Positions 55,168 to 64,000 of a stretch of DNA of 64,000 nt are shown piece by piece. Below the pieces are notes generated by a model. That model ran no database searches. It worked only from the letters and a program-made list of their open reading frames with translations, and had not been told where the DNA came from. Numbering within the stretch: position 1 is the stretch's first letter; the number at the start of each line of letters is the position of its first letter. This stretch comes from Tetramitus jugosus. Its lineage: Eukaryota; Protista; Heterolobosea. Location: assembly GCA_937625935.1 (NCBI GenBank), contig OW569355.1, positions 310,001-374,000 of the forward strand, in the 5' to 3' direction. A program made the translations under genes and the position numbers.

Positions 55168-58100
55168 ATGACAATAGGAGACTGGTTTCGCAGGAAATGG
55201 GATCACCATTTTCATCATGAGAGCTCAGTGTTGCGCAAGAAACGATTCCTGGCTTACATGAGAAAAAGAAACTACATGAACAACAAGGAGAATCACAATA
55301 CAGTGATGATACCTCCGCCACCCATAATTGGAAATGCGACTACGACTAGTAAAATTGATGTCTATCTCACAAAGCACATGACAGATCACGACATGATGAT
55401 TCTGTTGCCAAGGACTCACTTTTCTCCCATTGAATTCAAACTATTGAAAGAGTATTTTACGCTCATGAGTGAATCCTTGTTGTTGGACATGGAACAGAGC
55501 AAGTGGTTGTTTTTTGCAGAGAGATATAAGCGCAGTGGTGCAGAGTATGCGCAGTACGTGCCCTTTTCGAACGAGGATGAATTTGTGTTGGCACGTATTT
55601 TTAATGCAGTGAATTTGGATCGCGATGGCTACATTTCATTTGCAGAGTTTGTTCAAGCGTTGAGTGTGGCGATACATGGTACGTTTGAGGAGAAGGCTCA
55701 ATTCTCGTTTCGGATATATGATGCGAATCAGGATGGAAGAATTTCGAGACAGGAGATGATCACCTATGTGACACAGTTGCACAGGTTGGGTATTTTGAAG
55801 ATTAGTAGTCGATTGCAGAGAAAACAGACGAGAGGAGATAAGGAGCAGCAACAGCTGGAACGAATGGCGAGTCACAACTCCATGAGTCAATTTAAAGAAA
55901 ATTTGCCAAAGACAGTGTTTGGAGTAGGAGAGCTGGAATTGCAACACGAGATGGCGCCTGATAAGTATCCCATAGCAACAGGTATCCGTAGCCAACAACA
56001 AACGCCACAAAGCGACGCCCAACAAGTCAATTACTCTGATGCTCCATTTGTGCATGTACCGAGCAGAGAGAGTGGAGTGATACCAGTTGCGACAACATCT
56101 CAACTCTCAATACCTGCATCAGCATATCTAAACGAAGAGGTGATTGTGGCTACTGGTATCGATCTATCTCTTTTAGGCGAACCTCAAGTGACGGGCCAAG
56201 AGATTGAAACGCCCAGGATCAACAATAACCTAACTACAGAATCAGATATATCGGACAATAGCTTCATTATTCCAGATATTGAAGAAATTGTGTGTTCAGT
56301 TTCCGAATTTTTCGACGATCGCGAAGAACTAACGTATGAAGATTATTTACGAAAATCAATTGAATACAATTATTTGGTAGAGGGATTAGGTGTCTATGAT
56401 TATGTGTTCTATCCATTTTGGAAAACGATTCATGACTTTCTCTCTGGTCCAGATCCTAAGAGTAAACAGGGTCTGCTTCAAACTGAAGATGAAACCATAT
56501 ACTTTGCTCAGATTAAGGATGGATACTTTTATCTCAAAGATACTGTGACTCAGGAGACCATACAGACAGTTTCACTATCTTCTGTGACTCAGGTATCCTC
56601 TCCGGGTAAGAACAGTTTTTCAATATGCTCCAAACGAAGATGGATACGATATTATTGTCCAATAGGGGACGATGTTCAAGCTTGGATTTTTTGTATAATG
56701 CTCTATTTGATTTCCGAGAAGGACAACAGATTTGATTCATTTGCTCCCGTCAGACCAAATGTTCATGCATATCCGCTCGTCGATGGTGAAGAGGCATATG
56801 AGGCAATCGCTCACGCCATGCTGCAAGCCAAGGATCACATTTATATTACTGGTTGGTGCGTTTCGCCTCACATTTTCCTAGTGCGCAATCGAGATGTCAA
56901 AAATTTGGTCTCCTACCGATTAGACAATATTCTTCAGACAGTAGCCAAGAGAGGTGTCATGATATATTGCATATTGTGGCACGAAACTACCCTCGCTGGA
57001 ATGAATTTGAATACTGTATTGACTCATAAGCTTCTACAATCTCTCCATCCGAATATTCATGTGATCTTACATCCTCCTTCAACGCCATTCATGTGGACGC
57101 ACCACCAAAAGAGTGTTATTGTGGACGATGTTGTTGGATTTTGTGGAGGTCTTGATCTTGCATGGGGGCGATACGATAACTCCAATCATACCCTGATAGA
57201 TAACAATCAATTGATGATGACATGGCCAGGTAATGACTATTACAATGGAGCTGTTAACAGATGTGTAGTCTGCAAGAACAAAACTGACTCTTTTCGTGAT
57301 GGATTTGATAGAGATCGATATCCAAGACTTCCATGGCACGATATTCACTGTGTTGTGACAGGAGCATTAGCACGCGATTTAGCCAGTAACTTCATTGGGC
57401 GTTGGAATCATCACAACTTATCTCCGTTGACATTGAAAATTGGTAACGACGAAGAAGAAATTTTAAGTTTGAGAGGGGGATTGACTGATAACACCAATCG
57501 GTTAAAACTCTATCATTCTTATCTGCCCTCGTGGATCAATCTGGTCAATGTGAAAGGACAGGTCATCAGATCCATTAGCTCCTGGAGTGGTTCGATGAGA
57601 ACGGAGCAGAGTATCCATAATGGATTCATTCGCTTGATACAACAGGCGCAATACTATATCTACATTGAGGTATGTTTGACTTTTGAATATGGGTTTGAAT
57701 GTTAGTTTCAAATAGATCCTAATCCCACTTAATTCAGAATCAATATTTCTGCTCGCATACGGAACTAAGTCACAAGAACCAAAATCTGGTTGCAGCAGCT
57801 TTGATTGAGCGCATCAGCAAAGCAATTACAAATAATGAAGTATTTCGAGTGTATGTTGTGATTCCCATGCATCCTGACGGTGACCCCTTGGACTCCAGCA
57901 TTCAACAAATTATCAAGTATCAGAATAGGACAATACGTGGCATCTATGACGCACTCACATCTCAGCATCCCGATTCCAATCCAGAAAATTACATTTCGTT
58001 CTTCTCTCTGTGCAATTATGGTTATCTCAATGGAATTGCTCACTATAACCAAATTTATGTTCATTCTAAATTGATGATTATCGATGATAAAATAACCATG

Positions 58101-58796
58101 ATTGGATCTGCAAACATTAACGACCGGAGCTTGAATGGTGATAGAGATAGCGAGATTGCTGTTGTGATAGAAGATAATGAGAACACCCAAACGATAATAA
58201 ATGGCAGGATTAGAAGAACTGGAAAATTTGCAAAGAATCTAAGAAAGAAACTATGGAGAGAACACACTGGTTGGAACCCTAAAGAGACAGAGGACAAGAG
58301 ACTGCAGACAAACAATCCAGCTGTTAACCCTGTAGAATCAATCAACCGAGCTCCCATGAGTCCTACAACACTTCGGAACTTTATTCACGGATCTATCATA
58401 CATAACAAACCATCTATGAAGGAACGAATACAGAATCAACGACGGATGATCGGACAGAATGTGAACGAAGCTCTGCTCAAGGATCCAGTATCGGATGTTG
58501 TCTACAACTCGTTTCGAAGGAGAGCAGCAAAGAACACTCGAATTTATGAGCAGGTGTTTGCTCACTATCCAGGCGAGAAACATCCAACCATTGCAGACTA
58601 TAAAAGAGCTCTCGAGCTATTCGACGAAACTGTCGTTGCGAATCAGAGAGGGGAGACAATACCCATTAATTTAAATGAGCAACTTTTGCCTAATATTAAG
58701 GGGCATTTGGTGGAATACCCTCTGTTATGGCTTAACCAGGATCCTTTCAAGAAGGACATAAAATTGAAGGTACTCGATACGAGTGTCTTCTATTAA
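55168..58796 (+). CDS. Phospholipase D with N-terminal EF-hand (NCS/calcineurin-B-like) and PH domains; intron 57670-57737
   Basis: EF loops NLDRDGYISFAE and DANQDGRISRQE; PH-like segment; HKD motifs HHQKSVIVDD and HSKLMIIDD; IYIE/NQYF restored by splicing; GSANINDRS. Confidence 0.92.
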
Positions 58797-58822
58797 GGAA
58801 CCAACATAAAGCTGATCACGCT

Positions 58823-60286
58823 CTACACACCAGATATTTTTCGTTCAAGTGATTCAACTCTCTTCAACAAGCTTGCAACTCGCTCTGAATCTGGATGATC
58901 AAGAGATTTCAGTTCTGGTCTTACTTCATATATGGCCCGAACAACGCTTGCAGCACTGTTTAGTTTTATGTTCACTTCACTTTCTGTTGTAGATTCCTCG
59001 GCCCAATCGAGATCTTGTGTCACACGATCCAAGACACGGTCCAGGAAATTTGAATATAGTACAGTTCGAGCTCGAAGCATTAAATCAGCGACCTTCAGAT
59101 TATAATCTCGCTTGAATTGAATAAATTCACTCTCATCCTTAAATTCATTTTGTTCATCGTTCACTTGCTCCAATGCATGCTCCATCGAGCACACGATATA
59201 TTCTGGTTCAGAATTCAAAATCTGCTCGGATGCTTCTAACGCATATGTGAAATCACCCATAAATTGCTGCAACTTTCTTTGTGTCAGTTTCGTTTGCATC
59301 TCACTACAAAGAACTTGAATTCTCTCTTCACTGTCACTCAGAAACAATTGCAATTCATCTATTGAAAAGTAATTCTGGACAATATTCTTCATCATACGAA
59401 TGGCTCTCTTGTAGTCTCGTAAAATTTTTGTAATCTCGTCTACATAATCACTAGAGCTACTATCTGTATCGCTCTCTATCCGCTGATAGATTGCTTGTGT
59501 CATGTTTCTCACATTCTGAATCTGTAATCGATCAATTGCTAAAATGACTCTCTGTTGCTTGTCGTTCATATCAGTAGCCTCGAAGGTAAAATAAGAGAAA
59601 CTATCGATATTGCCGAATGAAAGATCCTGATCAGATTGATCCTGCACTGTTGCTCCAGTGTTCCATGGTGGCCATAACTTTGTCAATAGTTCCCATGTCT
59701 CATTCTTTCTGTTCCTATACTTGATATCACTCTCACGGCATGGTTGTTTCGCTAAACTTTTGGCCTGCATCAACGCTTTGATCCACTCGCACCTTTGATC
59801 CTCAGACTCTGCTCTCAGATACAGTGTATAGTACTTGTTGCTCATGGGTTTTTGGTAAATGATTGCAAAATCATAAGAACAGCCCTCGTTCGTGCAATCC
59901 TCTGGTACACGATCTGCTATGGACCCAAACTCACCATCATCATCATCGTGTCCTTCCAGCTTCAATGAAAATTCTTCCTTAGTTCTGGCCAGAATACCAA
60001 TCGAATAGACATGAAACATGTCAATGGCACCTTGAGCTCCATCTTGTTGTTGCTGTTGCTTATGATAAGTGAGACAACAAGAGTCATCTTCAGTCATGTG
60101 CTTCAACAGAAAGTGACGATTTCTCCAGGACTTGAAATGTGAGCCTTGCTTGGTCAAGTGACCCAGTTTGAGAAATTGGACCTTGGAAGATGTGGTTGTT
60201 GTTGTTGTTGTTGTTGTTGGCTTCTGTTGACTGTTGTTGCTGTTATCCAACAACGTTGTTGTGCCTTTCCACACCAACCAATTCAT
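58823..60286 (-). CDS. PH-domain protein with a helical C-terminal region
   Basis: KLGHLTKQGSHFKSWRNRHFLL...LYLRAESEDQRCEWIKAL. Confidence 0.85.
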   Translation of the reverse strand: MNWLVWKGTTTLLDNSNNSQQKPTTTTTTTTTSSKVQFLKLGHLTKQGSHFKSWRNRHFLLKHMTEDDSCCLTYHKQQQQQDGAQGAIDMFHVYSIGILARTKEEFSLKLEGHDDDDGEFGSIADRVPEDCTNEGCSYDFAIIYQKPMSNKYYTLYLRAESEDQRCEWIKALMQAKSLAKQPCRESDIKYRNRKNETWELLTKLWPPWNTGATVQDQSDQDLSFGNIDSFSYFTFEATDMNDKQQRVILAIDRLQIQNVRNMTQAIYQRIESDTDSSSSDYVDEITKILRDYKRAIRMMKNIVQNYFSIDELQLFLSDSEERIQVLCSEMQTKLTQRKLQQFMGDFTYALEASEQILNSEPEYIVCSMEHALEQVNDEQNEFKDESEFIQFKRDYNLKVADLMLRARTVLYSNFLDRVLDRVTQDLDWAEESTTESEVNIKLNSAASVVRAIYEVRPELKSLDHPDSERVASLLKRVESLERKISGV

Positions 60287-60397
60287 TTTTTTTTCTCTGA
60301 TGCTGCACACGTTCCCAGGGAGGGAACAAAACAGCCAACATCAAGCTCACACGACCAACCAAAAAGCAAACTCCACTCACAACAACAACAAAAGACA

Positions 60398-61270
60398 ATG
60401 TCATCGCCATCGCCATCGTCAGACGTCAACCACGAAAACGAACACCAAACAAGAGTATTGTGTCTCCATGGCTGGCTCCAATCCAAGCAACGCTTCACTG
60501 AAAAGACTGGTGGTTTCCGCAAGAATGTGCGCAAGTATGGAATGGCACTAGAGTACATTGATGCACCCATTGTCGTAGATGCCTCTACTCTGGAACAGCA
60601 CAACATTCGTCCTCCAACAACTCCAACAACAACGAATGCAACCAAGCAAGAGCTACAACCAGATCCCTATCGTTCGTGGATTCACACAACTTCGAAGGAT
60701 TTCTCCGACTATCAGTTCTGGAAGGAAAGTGTAAAGTATGTGTTGCAATACATGAAAGACAATGGACCATTCCATGGATTGTTGGGCTTTTCGCAAGGTT
60801 GTCTCATTGTTCAACTGATTTGTGTCCTAGTGAAATGGGAGGACATTATGAAAGAACATGGGAGCAGTAATCCGGAAGACCTTCAAGTATTGAATGAGCT
60901 GCACCAAGAATTGACAAAAGAAGATTTGTTGCCTGATCTCTCAGTTTTTCAGTTTGCCATCTTCTCTGGAGGTTTCTTGCCAAATGATTTGCAATTGAAG
61001 CGAATTACGCGTCGTGTTCGAGTGCCACAATTTAACTCGTTGCACATTATTGGTGAGTTGGATCAAGTGATTGAACCACAGAGAAGTGAAGAGCTAGTGG
61101 GTCTCTTTGCAACCAGTGATGGTGATGAATCTAGTGGAAGTGGATCACTTGTGCATAAGCATGTTCATAAAGGAGCTCATTTGTTGCCTCACGACAAGGG
61201 CACTGCCACAGCTGTCAATGAATTTATACGAGCTGTAAAGTCTCAACAGCAGCCAAGTAATAAACAATGA
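60398..61270 (+). CDS. Serine hydrolase, FSH1/OVCA2 family
   Basis: RVLCLHGWLQS, GPFHGLLGFSQG, SLHIIGELDQVI, HKGAHLLP. Confidence 0.92.
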   Translation: MSSPSPSSDVNHENEHQTRVLCLHGWLQSKQRFTEKTGGFRKNVRKYGMALEYIDAPIVVDASTLEQHNIRPPTTPTTTNATKQELQPDPYRSWIHTTSKDFSDYQFWKESVKYVLQYMKDNGPFHGLLGFSQGCLIVQLICVLVKWEDIMKEHGSSNPEDLQVLNELHQELTKEDLLPDLSVFQFAIFSGGFLPNDLQLKRITRRVRVPQFNSLHIIGELDQVIEPQRSEELVGLFATSDGDESSGSGSLVHKHVHKGAHLLPHDKGTATAVNEFIRAVKSQQQPSNKQ

Positions 61271-61477
61271 TTTAAACTATTCATTAAGGTGTTGTATTAG
61301 CTTGTTAAGGAGAAGTATCGAATACAATCAACATTAACTCAGTGAGTTGTTGCAGAAAAAATCCAGCAACATGGTTTAGCACAGAATTCAGCCAGGACAA
61401 TCGGAGCAAATAGATAAGAATTGATTTTCAAGTTGAATGTTGTTATAAAGTTGTTGAATTACGATGATATTTGTGTC

Positions 61478-61585
61478 AGAAAATTGTTTATGAAAAGATT
61501 TAGAAGCACTTTCTGTGGACAATACCTGGACCAGAGTCTTCGTATTCTTCCTTGGAGATCCACATTTGTTGGAAAGTGGACAAGG
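61478..61585 (-). repeat. Second direct repeat of the actin 3' end (108 nt)
   Basis: Matches the actin 3' end and 3' UTR up to ...TAAACAATTTTCT; same 5' breakpoint (GTG|CCTTGTCC) as copy A. Confidence 0.95.
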
Positions 61586-62508
61586 CACAGCACCGAATGC
61601 CTCAATAAAAGACGTATTTATTGAATGTTCCTGGATCTGGTTGAATCGGTTTTTAAACCCTTCATTCCTTCACGATGTTCACTCTTCATCTGAGCTATCT
61701 TTTCTTGATACTTCTCCTCACGTCTATCATGACTCACTGAGCTAGTCCCACGTCCCCTATCAATGTTGAAGGGAGACAGAGGCTTGAGCTTCTTCTGGGG
61801 TGGAGTCACATTTGCTTCTTGCTCCGAAGGGGCACTGTCACTAACGGAAATCTCTTTCAACCTTCGTTTCTTAGCCAAAAGGCTGTTCTTAGTCGCCTCC
61901 TTGTAGACAACAGCATCAAATTTTGGTTGGGAGGCTACCTCCCCAGAGATGTACTGATTGTCAGGATCTTCGTATTCCAGCTTGACCTGTTGAATGCTAA
62001 TCCCTTCACTCAAGATCTTACTGACCTTTGATCTCACCACAGTTTTGTTGAAGACTTCATTCGAAAGGAAGAAGTTTTCAATAAAGAGAGCTATTTTATC
62101 ATCATGTTCTTCATCTTGACCTTGGATGATGGCAAAGTATTCCTTGCGATCCTCTCTTGTTCCGAAGAGAATATCGGCCCCTTTGTCCATAGAGTTTTCT
62201 TCGACCGCCCGCATGGCTCTTGTCTTCATTCCCTTTAATTGTTCATAATCATAGGAGTCAACAGTGAAGGAAATCTTTGTTAGCTTCCTAACTACCTTAT
62301 CGTCCTTTTTAACTGGCGAGCGGATTATCATCTTGATGGTTCTTACTCTGTTTTCCAAACTTTGAATTGATTGGTTACTGGTATGAGACCTTGGTACAAG
62401 AGCTTGCACCTGGACAGTGTTTGGTTACTCCGGTGTGGGCCGGACTCTGTCTACGGAAAGAAAAGAGAATCAAAACTCACAAATCAGCCGAATCAACTCA
62501 TCTTCCTC
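61586..62508 (-). repeat. Actin-linked repeated cassette, copy B (ORF 61618-62409), with an internal deletion of the coiled-coil tail
   Basis: Inverted, near-identical copy of 23176-24277. Confidence 0.85.
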
Positions 62509-62804
62509 GGTTTGTCTCAATAAAATAGAGAACTGTGGTTAGTTCGGTCTCTGTTAAATTGTTTTAAACTTTCTCACTGCCACATCATGGACTCGTTCAT
62601 ACGCCAAGGAATTCGCTGAATCCAATAGCCATAATGACATATTGTGCTGGAACGTCTTGTTCTCCTCTATTTGTTGAATGGGGATGAAATTGAAACCGAG
62701 TAATCATGTTAAGTCAGTCTGATCTCAAACAGAAACTGACAAACATGAGCATCTCATAAGAAAGGGATCGACGTTGTATGTAAGAAAAATGTTTATGAAA
62801 AGAT

Positions 62805-63932
62805 TTAGAAGCACTTTCTGTGGACAATACCTGGACCAGAGTCTTCGTATTCTTCCTTGGAGATCCACATTTGTTGGAAAGTGGACAAGGAAGCCAAGAT
62901 GGAGCCACCAATCCAGACAGAGTACTTTCTCTCTGGTGGAGCAACAACCTTGATCTTCATGGAAGCAGGAGCCATATTGGTCAATTCCTTGGTCAATCTC
63001 TCAGCAATACCCTCGAACATGGTTGTACCACCGGACAAGACAACGTTTCCGTACAAGTCCTTTCTGATATCAATATCAGTCTTACCAATGGAGTTGAAGG
63101 TGGTTTCATGGACACCAGCAGCTTCCATACCAATAAAGTTTGGTTGGAACAAAACTTCAGGGCATCTGAATCTTTCGTTACCGACAGTGATGACATTACC
63201 GTCAGGCAATTCATAGGACTTTTCAACGACAGAGGACTCTGCAGCCTTCTTCATTTCTTCGTCAAAGTCAAGAGCAATGTAGCAAAGCTTTTCCTTGATA
63301 TCTCTGACAATTTCTCTTTCGGCAGTAGTTCCGAATGAGTAACCTCTTTCCATCAAAATCTTCATCATGTAGTCAGTCAAGTCACGACCAGCCAAATCAA
63401 TTCTCAAAATGGCATGAGGCAAAGCATAACCTTCATAGATAGGGACAGTGTGGGAAACACCATCACCAGAATCCAAGACGATACCAGTGGTTCTTCCGGA
63501 AGCATACAAGGACAAGACAGCTTGGATAGCAACGTACATTGCAGGGACGGAGAAGGTCTCAAACATGATTTGAGTCATCTTTTCTCTGTTGGCCTTTGGG
63601 TTCAAAGGAGCTTCAGTCAACAAGACAGGGTGCTCTTCTGGAGCAACTCTCAACTCATTGTAGAAGGTGTGATGCCAGATCTTTTCCATATCGTCCCAGT
63701 TGGTCACAATACCGTGTTCAATTGGGTACTTCAAGGTCAAGATACCTCTCTTGGATTGAGCCTCATCACCGACATAGGCATCCTTGTTACCCATACCGAC
63801 CATGATGGACTTTTGCTTTGGTCTACCAATGATGGAAGGGAAGACAGCTCTTGGTGCGTCATCACCGGCAAAGCCAGCCTTACACATACCAGATCCGTTA
63901 TCAACAACTAGGGCTTGAACGTCGTCACACAT
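62805..63932 (-). CDS. ACT: Actin (protein identical to the 21717-22844 copy)
   Basis: Same 375-aa protein with only a handful of synonymous differences. Confidence 0.99.
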
Positions 63933-64000
63933 GTTTTATATTTAAGAGTTTTGGAGAGAGGTTAAATTACAAGTTTTTGTTTTGTTTTGTTTTTGGAGAG

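Overview
Compact, gene-dense eukaryotic DNA with short GT-AG introns and CAA/ACT microsatellites inside coding regions. The actin sequence is Naegleria-like, so the organism is probably a heterolobosean amoeboflagellate (inference). There are about 25 host genes, including a GT48 beta-1,3-glucan synthase, AKR, cathepsin, TPS-TPP, CCT2, two actins encoding identical proteins in inverted orientation, an acetyl-CoA transporter, GT34, FKGP, DNAAF1, PreP, SFT2, an AlkB homolog, a CAR-like GPCR, FKBP, WDR41, TTLL1, ADSL, an EF-hand/PH phospholipase D and FSH1, plus one tRNA-Ser(AGA). The main discovery is a fully delimited 2765-bp non-autonomous transposon (24408-27172) with perfect 13-bp TIRs and TTAA on both sides. 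It carries a decayed Fanzor1 (eukaryotic TnpB-like RNA-guided nuclease) and a well-paired, pseudoknotted omega-RNA-like scaffold at its downstream end. A paralogous empty site, with the predicted TTAA TAM changed to TCAA, lies 37 kb away in the same window. Other highlights are a catalytically dead, bacterial-type amidase/peptidoglycan-binding type I membrane protein (candidate PGRP-like receptor), a cassette bracketed by a duplicated actin 3' end at both actin loci, and a decayed-TE zone (Ginger-like integrase, LINE-ORF1-like relic) next to the tRNA gene. All family calls come from motif recognition by eye; no database searches were run.
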